Part shown: in pieces, positions 1 through 8,500 of the stretch
Layout of the letters: every line of letters starts with the position of its first letter
Position numbering within the stretch: the stretch's first letter is position 1
Origin: Pseudomonadota bacterium
Lineage (GTDB): Bacteria; Pseudomonadota; Alphaproteobacteria; Acetobacterales; Acetobacteraceae
Direction: 5' to 3'
Length of the DNA: 52,237 nucleotides
Assembly: GCA_018971725.1 (NCBI GenBank)
Contig: JAGXAE010000001.1
Span: forward strand, 1-52,237
Made by a program: the position numbers and the translations under genes
The notes under the pieces: model-generated
What the model was told of the DNA's origin: nothing
What the model saw: only the letters and a program-made list of their open reading frames with translations
Database searches by the model: none

Positions 1-345
1 GAGCGGGAGAGCATGCTGGTGGGGTCGCGCATTCAGGAGGTGGCAGATTTGTATCTGCAAGGCGCGGACCCGCAGACGCCCTTTGCCTCGCCGCTATATG
101 GCGACCTGACAGGTTTGCCGCCCACGCTCATCCAGGTCTCGGACCGGGAGATTTTACTCGATGATTCAAGGCGTTTGGCGGAGAAGGTGAATGCCGCCGG
201 GGGAAGGGCGGAACTTTCGGTCTGGCCGAACCTTCCGCATGTGTGGCAGATCAGCCAGTCCTTCCTGCCGGAAGCAAGGCAAGCGCTGGCCCAGGCGGCG
301 GATTTTGCGAGGTCTGCCCTTGCATCTGGGCCTGTAGCCGCGTAA
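1..345 (+). CDS. alpha/beta hydrolase (HSL-family esterase/lipase), C-terminal part, truncated at window edge
   Basis: Frame open from base 1; motifs SPLYGDLTGLPPTLIQV, EILLDDS and catalytic-His motif WPNLPHVWQ. Confidence 0.85.
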   Translation, partial: ERESMLVGSRIQEVADLYLQGADPQTPFASPLYGDLTGLPPTLIQVSDREILLDDSRRLAEKVNAAGGRAELSVWPNLPHVWQISQSFLPEARQALAQAADFARSALASGPVAA

Positions 346-348
346 AGC
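320..348 (+). promoter_or_regulatory. candidate sigma70 promoter for rpmE
   Basis: TTGCAT (320-325), 17-nt spacer, TAAAGC (343-348), about 60 nt upstream of the rpmE start. Confidence 0.45.
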
Positions 349-360
349 CGGGCTTTCCTC

Positions 361-387
361 GCTGCCGGTCGGGATCGGCGGCTTTTT
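361..387 (+). promoter_or_regulatory. hairpin + U-tract between esterase and rpmE (esterase terminator or rpmE leader element)
   Basis: GCTGCCGGTC/GATCGGCGGC stem (with G-U pairs) followed by TTTTT. Confidence 0.45.
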
Positions 388-405
388 CTGCATGGAGTTT
401 ATACG

Positions 406-633
406 GTGAAAGCCAACATTCATCCGGACTATCACGAGATCAATATCATCATGACTGATGGTACGGAGTTCAAGACCCGTTCCTGCATGGGCGCCGCGGG
501 CGAGACATTGCGTCTGGACATCGACCCAAAGTCCCATCCGGCATGGACCGGCGTGCAGCGCATGGTGGACACGGGCGGCCAGGTCGCCAAGTTCAACAAG
601 AAATTCGCCAGCATCGGCACCCGCAAGAAGTAA
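406..633 (+). CDS. rpmE: 50S ribosomal protein L31 (no CxxC zinc motifs)
   Basis: [10 protein letters not shown]...[13 protein letters not shown]...[11 protein letters not shown]; GGAG RBS before GTG. Confidence 0.97.
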   Translation: MKANIHPDYHEINIIMTDGTEFKTRSCMGAAGETLRLDIDPKSHPAWTGVQRMVDTGGQVAKFNKKFASIGTRKK

Positions 634-658
634 GCCGGCACCGCGAGGCATGGATAAA

Positions 659-687
659 CAAAAGGCCGCCCAATGGGCGGCCTTTTG
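659..687. terminator. bidirectional intrinsic terminator
   Basis: CAAAAGGCCGCCC-AAT-GGGCGGCCTTTTG perfect inverted repeat between convergent rpmE and the flagellar operon end. Confidence 0.9.
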
Positions 688-708
688 CGTTCCGGGGGAA
701 TAAATACC

Positions 709-1176
709 TTAAGCCTCGGCGATCAAGCGCCCCGATTCCTGCACGCCCAGCGCTTGCAGGCTGCGCAGGGCGGCGCTCAGGCCGCGGTTCAGCTGTTGCG
801 CCCGGCGGCTGGCATTGACGGAGCGTTTGGCGAAGCGGGTGAGGGCGCCACGCAGCGCATCGGCCAGGCCAGCGGCGTCAGCCTGCTCGATATGCCGGAG
901 TTGGGCGGCGGCGGAAGCGAGGTCCGACGCGCCAAGCCTTCCCATTGCCTCCGCGATTTCGGCGAAGGCGGGTGCGGCGTCGTTCAACGCTATCTCGACA
1001 CTGGCCGCGGCCTCGGAAATTTCGTTCGGCTTGCCGGCGAGCATCAGACTGTCGAGCTTTTGCAGCTTGTGGGTCAGGTCCTCGACCAGTTCCAACCCTT
1101 GGGACAGCAAATCGCCGACCGGCGGAGCATCAATGAAAGGCGGCGGTACTGGCCGGAATTGCCCCGAAATACTCAT
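709..1176 (-). CDS. flgN: probable flagellar chaperone FlgN (divergent)
   Basis: 155-aa helical-looking protein, ATGA-coupled directly downstream of flgM; call rests mainly on position and size. Confidence 0.55.
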   Translation of the reverse strand: MSISGQFRPVPPPFIDAPPVGDLLSQGLELVEDLTHKLQKLDSLMLAGKPNEISEAAASVEIALNDAAPAFAEIAEAMGRLGASDLASAAAQLRHIEQADAAGLADALRGALTRFAKRSVNASRRAQQLNRGLSAALRSLQALGVQESGRLIAEA

Positions 1177-1472
1177 CGCGGCGTCTCGCTCAGCACCGTG
1201 GAAATGGCCCGCGCCAGGACTTCCGGGGTGACATTGTAACTGCCATTCGCCAACGCCGCCTTGATGGCGTTGACATTGGGCTGGTTGACCCCGGCGGAGC
1301 CGCGCGCGGCCGTAACAAGGGCGGCGCTGGTTTGCGCGGCGGCGCTCAGCGTGACGGAATCGGCCTGGGCTGCCTGTCCGGCCGGGCCGCTTTGCGGCTT
1401 TGCGGCGGGTTGTGCGGGCGTGGCGGCATCCATGGCCGGCAAGGGCGTGTAGGGCTGAATCGTATTGGTCAT
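1173..1472 (-). CDS. flgM: anti-sigma28 factor FlgM
   Basis: DSVTLS motif and C-terminal VNAIKAALANGSYNVTPEVLARAI. Confidence 0.9.
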   Translation of the reverse strand: MTNTIQPYTPLPAMDAATPAQPAAKPQSGPAGQAAQADSVTLSAAAQTSAALVTAARGSAGVNQPNVNAIKAALANGSYNVTPEVLARAISTVLSETPR

Positions 1473-1861
1473 GCGGGCTCCACGCTTTCAGATGTTTTTA
1501 TCATGTCACGGTCCAGGAATGATAAGGCAGCGTCAAAATCCTGCAATGCATCCAGGCTGTTTTCTGTATTGGCACGCAGCAGGGTGAACCGCAGCGCGGT
1601 ATAAACCGTCATCAGGGCGGGGCCGAGCGTGGTGCCGTCTTCGGTATCCAGCACGCCGGACATGACGTTGAGCAGTGCATCCGCGCGGGCGATCATCGAC
1701 GCCTTGGCGCTCTGGTCGCCTTGTTCAATGGCAACGCGCGCGCGGCGGCCGTAATGGCGCAGGCCCCGCCAGCCCTGGCGTAGCCAGTGCAGCCCGGGCT
1801 CGCCATCGAACATGGCGGCGCGGTAAGTGGTGTTGATGGCGTCCAAGCTGATTTCGTTCAT
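1469..1861 (-). CDS. fliS: flagellin chaperone FliS
   Basis: 130 aa directly after fliD; ARVAIEQGD..KASMIARADALL..LDTEDG..L...Y...LLRAN pattern. Confidence 0.8.
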   Translation of the reverse strand: MNEISLDAINTTYRAAMFDGEPGLHWLRQGWRGLRHYGRRARVAIEQGDQSAKASMIARADALLNVMSGVLDTEDGTTLGPALMTVYTALRFTLLRANTENSLDALQDFDAALSFLDRDMIKTSESVEPA

Positions 1862-1864
1862 TGC

Positions 1865-3256
1865 TTAGCCTGAGCTGGAAGATGAATTGCCAAGGAAGAT
1901 GCTGAGATAAGCCTGAGTGATGCTCGCGGAACTCGATTTGCTTTCAGCCGTCGTGTACTCGTTTGCCAAATTCTTCAGCGTGGCCGAGCTTTGCTGGGTG
2001 AGCAGGGTAATTTGTTGGTCTATCGAATTGATCGAATCGTTCAGCGACGTTGTTTGCGCGCTGATGAAGCCGGTGATGCTGGTGCCGGTTGTGGAGCTTG
2101 AAGCGGATTTGCCAATGGCGCTGGCGGAAATGGCGCTGAGGCTGGCATAAAGTTTGGAAACCAGGCTGCCGACGCTGGCGGGGCTTTTGGCATAGGCCGA
2201 GGAAAACGCAGTGCTGTTGAAGCTGACGCCGCCAGTGCTGGTGATGGACAGGCCGATGGCATTGGCGCTGAGGCCGCTGGATTCCAACGCGCTCACCGCG
2301 CTCAGCAATTGGTTCTTGAGGTTGGTGGCTGAGAAATTGCCGAGCAGCGGGCCGGTTTTGGCCGAGGCCGACGATGCCGAGGCGCTGGAGGATTTGGCGC
2401 TGGCGAATTTGGTCTCGGTTGAAATCGCGGAAATGGCGGCGTTCAGGCTGGTGGCGACGCTGGAAAGATTGCTGGACAGCCCGGTAGGCGAAGAACTGAC
2501 GGAAAGGACCGCATTGCCCGAACTGACCAGAGAGATGGTGGCGCCCGCCACCGCGCTGCCGAGCGTGTTGGTGGCGCTGGTGATGGGAATGCCGTTGAGC
2601 GTGAGCGAGGCATTGGCGGCGGTTTGCGCCAGTACCTCGCTGCCGGGTGTGGCGCTGCTATAGGCGAATTGCGCCAGGGCCCCGGTGCCGGAGACCGAGA
2701 ATGCCGCGCTGGCGCCTGTGCTGCTGCTCTCCAGCACCAGCCGCGCGCCGGCGCTGGTGCCGATAATGGTGGCGTTCACGCCGCCCGCTTGTTTGTTGAT
2801 GGCGGCGGCAATGTTGTTCAGCGTCAGGCTGCCTGAGCCGAGCGAGATGGTTTCACTTTTGCCGCTGGCCAGGGTTACGGCCAAGCTGCCCGCGCCGCCG
2901 GAAAGCGTGCTGCCAGCCGAGCTGATCAGGCCGGAATAAATCTCTTGCCCTTTGGCCAGCGAAATATTGGTGAGGTTATAGGTGCCGGTGGCGGCACTGG
3001 CGCTTACCGTGGCGGTGGCGGCGGCGGTGTTGGTGCTGGTGACGCTGCGGCTGTTGATGGTGGAGAGGTTTTCGATTTTGGAAAGGCTGTCCGACAGGCT
3101 GGAGACGGCGCCGCTGATGCTGCCCCAGGCGGAAATAATCGCCTTGTCCGACGAAACCTGATTTTGAAGATTGGTGATGGGCGCTTCAAGGCGTTTGGTG
3201 ACCGTGGCGATTTCTGAGTTGATCGCAGAGGAACTGAGCGAAGACACACTCGACAT
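1865..3256 (-). CDS. fliD: flagellar filament cap FliD
   Basis: Ser/Ala/Thr-rich; GVNATII, RLVLESSSTG, AANASLTLNGIPITSATN motifs; lies between fliC and fliS; ATG at 3256 preferred over the TTG at 3301. Confidence 0.9.
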   Translation of the reverse strand: MSSVSSLSSSAINSEIATVTKRLEAPITNLQNQVSSDKAIISAWGSISGAVSSLSDSLSKIENLSTINSRSVTSTNTAAATATVSASAATGTYNLTNISLAKGQEIYSGLISSAGSTLSGGAGSLAVTLASGKSETISLGSGSLTLNNIAAAINKQAGGVNATIIGTSAGARLVLESSSTGASAAFSVSGTGALAQFAYSSATPGSEVLAQTAANASLTLNGIPITSATNTLGSAVAGATISLVSSGNAVLSVSSSPTGLSSNLSSVATSLNAAISAISTETKFASAKSSSASASSASAKTGPLLGNFSATNLKNQLLSAVSALESSGLSANAIGLSITSTGGVSFNSTAFSSAYAKSPASVGSLVSKLYASLSAISASAIGKSASSSTTGTSITGFISAQTTSLNDSINSIDQQITLLTQQSSATLKNLANEYTTAESKSSSASITQAYLSIFLGNSSSSSG

Positions 3257-3290
3257 GGCGCACCTGAAAGAATTGAACAGACACCGGATT

Positions 3291-3313
3291 GGCCGGGGCA
3301 ATATGCCCCGGCC
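3291..3313. other. perfect 10-bp hairpin between fliC and fliD
   Basis: GGCCGGGGCA-ATA-TGCCCCGGCC; no U-tract on the coding (minus) strand. Confidence 0.7.
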
Positions 3314-3327
3314 TGATTAACCAACCC

Positions 3328-4761
3328 TTACGGCAGCAGGGAGAGATAGCTCTGCTGCAGCTGGGTGGAGGACTTCAACGCCGCCACGCCGGACTGCGCC
3401 TGGATCTGCGCCTGAGTGAGCTGGTTGGCCACCTGCGGAATATTCGCATCCTGCACCACGCCCAGCGCCGTGGTCACGTTCTGGCTGGTGGCGTTCAGGT
3501 TGTTGATATTCGCGGAGACGCGCTGCTGCACGGCGCCCAGCTGGCCGCCCTGGTTGTTAAGCCCGGCCAACGCATATTTGATGACGTTGATGGCCGTATT
3601 GGCGCCGGCGGTGGTGCCGACATTGATATTCGCCAGGGAGTTGAGCGAGGTGGCGCCCGCCAGCTTCGCTGAACCGCTAACGGTGAAGGCGGCGCTGGAC
3701 TGGAACTGCACCTGGCCTTGCTGAGTATCGCCTGCGGCGGCGAGATGGCCGGCGAGGGAGGTAACGGTGCCGCCCGCGCCAGCGGTGGTGGCGGTGCCGG
3801 CGGAGGAGAACTTGATGTTCTGGCCGCTCTGCTGCGCCAGTGTCAGCTTGCCGCTGGCGCTGGAGGCCACGATGCCGCTGGTGCTGGTCTGCTGATTGAT
3901 CTGGGAAACGACCTCGGAAAGGCTGGAAGCGTTCACCGCAATCGCCCCGCCAATGGTGCTGCCCGAACCGGAGGCCTGTAGCTTGAACTTGATGTTGCCA
4001 TTGGCGCTGGCGGCCACGTTATAGGTCACGGTGTTCGTCGCCTGCGCCTGCACGCCGGTTTTGCCGGAGATATTGCTGGCGGCCTTCGCAATAGCGGCTG
4101 CGGATTCCGTGGCGGTGGTGGTAAAGCTGCCGGAGCCGCCGGTGGGGCCAGTGATCTTCACGGCGGCGCCGGTGAACGCGCCCGCGGCCGAGACCAGGCC
4201 GGAAGAGGCGCTGGTGAAGGCGCTGCCCTTGGCGGTGGCGTACTCGCCGATATTGGCGGCGGTGGTATTGCCGATGGAAAGGCTCAGCGTCTGCCCCTCA
4301 TTGGCGCCCACCTGGAACTGCACGCCGGAGAAAGAGCCGTTCAGCAGGTTGATGTTGTTGAACTGGGTCTGGTTGGCGATGGTGGAAACCTGGCCGGTGA
4401 GCTGGCCCACCAGGGTTTGCAAAGACTGCGCTTCCGCCGGGGTCTGCGTGCCGTTGGCGGCCTGCACGGCGATGGAGTTGAGCTGCTGCACAACGCTGAT
4501 CTGCTGGCCGATGGCGCTTTGCGCCGTTTGCAGCAGGGAAACCGCCTGGTTGGCGTTGGAAGTTGCCTGCGTGAGCCCATTGAGCTGCGAGGTAAAGCCC
4601 TGGGCGGTGATGTATCCGGCCGGGTTATCTGCCGGGGAGTTGATCGCCAGGCCGCTCGCCAGCTCGCTCTGTAGCGTGTTGTTGGTTTGGGATGTGGCGG
4701 CGATGGAATTGAGCGCCGAAAGCGCCCCGGAGTTGGTGAGAATTGAACCTACGGCCGACAT
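3328..4761 (-). CDS. fliC: flagellin
   Basis: N-terminal LASGLAINSPADNPAG, TQFNNINLLNG, FQVGAN; C-terminal LGAVQQR, QDAN, LSLL; AAGGAG RBS before ATG 4761. Confidence 0.97.
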   Translation of the reverse strand: MSAVGSILTNSGALSALNSIAATSQTNNTLQSELASGLAINSPADNPAGYITAQGFTSQLNGLTQATSNANQAVSLLQTAQSAIGQQISVVQQLNSIAVQAANGTQTPAEAQSLQTLVGQLTGQVSTIANQTQFNNINLLNGSFSGVQFQVGANEGQTLSLSIGNTTAANIGEYATAKGSAFTSASSGLVSAAGAFTGAAVKITGPTGGSGSFTTTATESAAAIAKAASNISGKTGVQAQATNTVTYNVAASANGNIKFKLQASGSGSTIGGAIAVNASSLSEVVSQINQQTSTSGIVASSASGKLTLAQQSGQNIKFSSAGTATTAGAGGTVTSLAGHLAAAGDTQQGQVQFQSSAAFTVSGSAKLAGATSLNSLANINVGTTAGANTAINVIKYALAGLNNQGGQLGAVQQRVSANINNLNATSQNVTTALGVVQDANIPQVANQLTQAQIQAQSGVAALKSSTQLQQSYLSLLP

Positions 4762-4820
4762 GGATAGAAGCTCCTTGGTTGGGGTTGCCGTACCCATTCA
4801 TTCGCGCCGGGTTCTGAAAG

Positions 4821-4846
4821 TTTTCGTGATGGCCGTAAAAAATTGA
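4821..4846 (-). promoter_or_regulatory. candidate sigma28-like promoter for fliC
   Basis: Minus strand TCAA-N14-CACGAAAA versus consensus TAAA-N15-GCCGATAA; weak match. Confidence 0.3.
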
Positions 4847-4868
4847 GGCGGTTGCGCGTGAAGCTGTT

Positions 4869-5552
4869 TCAGTTCAGGCGCAATTCCACGCCTTGCGCCG
4901 TAACCTGTGCGGCGAAACGCCGGCCGCTGCCCTGGTTGGTGAGCAGAATGGTGTCGCCGATGCGCCCGGGCTGATCCGCCGTGGCATCCACCGCCAGCAT
5001 CACCCCGCCGCTATAAACATGCACGGTGACGATCTGGCCGGATTGCACCACCAAAGGCGCCTGCACGGCGTTCTGCATGACGACCATTCCCGCCGACATC
5101 GACATTACGGCACTGGCGCCGTCAATTTGCGCCGGGTCGGTAAAAACCTGCCGTCCGGCAAATTCCGCCACGGGCAGGGTTTTCACGGTCAAATCCGCCG
5201 GGGTGATGGTTTGGCCTGCTGTAAGCGGCAGGGTTGTCACCACCACCGCCTCGCTCTGCGCCACCGTCACGGTTACGTAGAGCGTCCAATCCGGCGCGGG
5301 GCATTGTACATGTGCTTGTTCATAGGGCGCCATACCGCTGAGCGTGACGGCCAGGGGCAGGGTGCAGGCAGGCATGGCGGCGGCGGCGCTGATGGGCCCC
5401 AGGCTGATTTTGGCCCCGGGCGGAGCCAAATTCAGGGCCGCCATGCGCACGGCCCTGGCCAACGCCTTCTGGCTTTGCATTGGCGCGGCCAGGCTGGGGC
5501 CGGCCCAGCCCCCGGCCAGCAGCAGGGCGAGGGGCCAGCCCGGGGTCTTCAT
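4869..5552 (-). CDS. flgA: P-ring assembly chaperone FlgA
   Basis: Signal peptide, two Cys, C-terminal VVQSGQIVTV...GRIGDTILLTNQGSGR; ATGA overlap with the upstream gene gives start 5552. Confidence 0.9.
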   Translation of the reverse strand: MKTPGWPLALLLAGGWAGPSLAAPMQSQKALARAVRMAALNLAPPGAKISLGPISAAAAMPACTLPLAVTLSGMAPYEQAHVQCPAPDWTLYVTVTVAQSEAVVVTTLPLTAGQTITPADLTVKTLPVAEFAGRQVFTDPAQIDGASAVMSMSAGMVVMQNAVQAPLVVQSGQIVTVHVYSGGVMLAVDATADQPGRIGDTILLTNQGSGRRFAAQVTAQGVELRLN

Positions 5553-8500
5553 TCGGCGGCACTCGCGAAAGCCGGAAGTGTTGCCGGCCGGGTCCAACCG
5601 GGCGGCTCCTGCTCCAGCGTTGGCAGGGCCAGGGCCGCTGCCCGTGCCTTCACACCTTGGCGCAGGGTCTCCGGCAGATCGGCCACCGCGTTTTGCAGCG
5701 CCGCCAGCCAGTCTTGCTTGCGGTTTGGCAGGCGCAGCGCGCCCAGGCTGGCTAGGGCGTCCAGCCGGCTGTCGATAATCAGCCGGCATCCGGCGGCGGC
5801 GGCCAGCAAGGCCGGATAGTGGTCGGCATGGGTTTCGGCTGCCGCCGGGCGGAGCATGATCTGCGGCCCGGTTTGTGCCAGCAATGAAGCCCAGCCTAGC
5901 TCGTTCTCCGGCGGGGTGAGGCGAGCCACCGCGCCGCTATATTGGGCGCCGGGCCGCTCAATCACCATCCAGGAGGCAAGTTCCAGGGTTTCGCTCACCA
6001 GGTCCTGGAACCATGGCGGTGCGAAGCCCTCGTCTATCCAGAGCACGCGCGGCTTGGTGTTCAGCCCCTTGCCGGCTTCAAACGCCCGCCAGTACCTGGT
6101 GGAAAGGGCGGGGCGCCACAGTTCCACGGGCAGGTTGCGCGGCGCCAGCTTGCGCAGATTGGCCGCCAACCCAGGTGAGGTGGCGAAAACCCGTGTTGCT
6201 GCCGCCAAGGCGGGCAGCGCATCCGGTTCCGGCATGGCGGTGAACAAGGCGGTGTAAGGCGGGCTATTGGGGTGGGGCGCGTGCAGCGGGTTGACCCGCA
6301 CCCAGGCTTCCGGGGCGCGCCGGGCAAGGTCCGCCGCGCTGGGCAGGCCGTGTACCCAATCCGCTTCCATAAGGCCCGCGTGGCGCATGGCCCTGGCGGC
6401 GTTCAGCGCGGCACCAGCCTGAGCGGCATCGCCGCTCAGCAGCAGGTTGGCCGGGTCTTGCGGGCTGGCCTTCACAAGCCCGGTGCGGAGTTCCGGCGCC
6501 AGCAGATCTCCGTGCAGGGATAAGGCCGGATGGTGATACAGGTCGGCAGCAGGCAAGGCCCGCGCCGCTGGGGAGCCGGTGCGGAACGTGCATTCGGCAT
6601 CCGCGGCGGGAAGTGCATCGGCGGGCATTGTGATGGTGACATCCGGTGTCCAGACCAGCCGTGCGCCGCTCGCGCGCAACTGGGCGCAAAGGTCCAGCCA
6701 AAGCGCGTCGCCGTGAAGATGCGTGGCCACGTTACAAGCCGCCAGCGCCGCCCGGCGGGCAAGCAGCCCTGGGGGGGAGATGGCGCTGGCTTCCTGGTCC
6801 ACCAGCAGCCAGCCGCCGGGGCCTGGTGCGGTTGGCCCATGCCCCGCCCCAAGCCTGGCATCGGCGCCAATCACGATCGGCCCCAGAACCTGTTTTCCGT
6901 TGGTGCCCAGAGGGCCGAGGCTGCGCGCCGCCACCGCAGCCACGCCAGGGTCCGCCAGCTTGCCGCGCAGCCCTTCCAGCCAGTGCGGCGTCACCTCTTG
7001 CATCCGCGCATCCAGCACCGCCACCAGCTCGGTCTCGGCCAGGGCGACGGCTTGCGCCAGCGCTGCGCCTTTGCTGGTGGCGATAACCGCGAGCACCTTG
7101 CCCTCCAGGGCGTCCCGCTGGGCCATTACGGCGGCGAGATAGGTTTGCATCTGCGGTGAAAGCTCCGCCCCGGCCAGAATCACCGGGCCGGTAAGGGGCT
7201 TGCCGCTCAACAACGCGGTCAGCCAGTTGTCCAGCAGCGGAATCTCCGCGCCGTCGCACTGCATGATGATGGTCGTGCCGGGGTCCTCGGTAACGTGGAC
7301 ATGGTGGAACAGCCCGGGATGCTGGCGGTTTTGCACCTGCGCCTTCATGCCTGAAGCCGCCAGATGCCGGGAAAGCGCCTCTGCCGCGCGGGCGCAGAAA
7401 AGTTCCGGCGCAATATCGTCGCGCTTGCTGTGCGGGCGGCGGGTGAACACCGGCTCCGGCAGGCGCTCCACACGCGCGCCTTGCAGGGCGAAGCGCAGTT
7501 GCAGGTCGTATTCCTCTGCTCCGGCCCATTCCGGGTCGAATCCGCCGGCCATGCGCAGGGCTTCGGCGCCGTACCACACCCAGTCTCCGATATAAGCAGC
7601 CTGGCGGAGGCGGGTAACGTCCCAGCCTGGTTTGTGGCGCACCCAGCCGCCGCCCTCCCGGGGCACGATCTCATCGGAATAGATCATGTCTGCCTTTGTG
7701 CGCGCGGCCAGCAGCGCGAAGCGCAGGCAGCCATCCGGTGCGATGATGTCGCCGGCGTTCAGGATGGCGACGTAATCGGCCTCTTCGGCGCTTGCGTTCA
7801 ATTCGGCGCAGAGGCGGCGCGTCATCGCCTCAGGTTCCGGCGGCACGGCGATGATGGAGACACCCTCCAGCGCCAGCGTATCCGCCGCCAGCACTTTGAT
7901 GCAGTGGGGCGGCAGCCATTGGCCGCGCAGGCTTTCCAGCGTGTCGTTCACAGCCGCGGCACGTCCGGCGGGGGCGGCGATAAGCACCGCCAGAAGGGGC
8001 AGCTTGCCCGCGGCATCGCGCTGCGCCTCCAGTCTGGCCTTGGCCCCTTCATCTGTACGTTCGGCTGGCCGCAATGCGGTAGTGGCGGTGCTCGTGGGGT
8101 CTGCCGCCGGATGCAACGCGCCGCCGAAAGCGGGCAGGGCGCGGCCCCGGCTGGTGCCGATCTCGTTGAGGAAGCCGGTCAGATCAGCCGTCTCCGCCGC
8201 CAGTCCATCCCAGAGTTCCGGCCGGAAATCCCGGTCCAGAATTGCCTCCCAGGCCCGGGTGACGAGACCGCGCAACGGCCGGCTGAGATCGGTGCTGGGG
8301 AGTTTCTCGGAGCGGTTGAGCTGGCCGGTCAGATAGGCGCTGGCCTCCGCCAGCTTGTCCCCATCCGGGCTTTGCAGCGTAAGGCCGAGCGCCGCCTCGA
8401 TCCGGCGCAGCTGTGTTGCGGGCTCGGCCAGCAAATCGTGATAGGTGAGCCAGCAGCGTGGTAGATGCCGCGCCTGACGCTCCGCATCCGTGGCGTAGCT

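Noticed and set aside
688-712. Weak similarity between the left junction (CCGGGGGAATAAATACCT) and right junction (CCGGGGCAAATGCCT, about 36736-36750) as an att or target duplication
   Set aside because: Gapped and short; no integrase, transposase or tRNA nearby
5553-5789. Upstream extensions of flgA (and likewise fliI, fliA, fliC, fliD, flgB, YyaL-like)
   Set aside because: Downstream ATGs with an RBS or stop/start coupling fit family N-termini better
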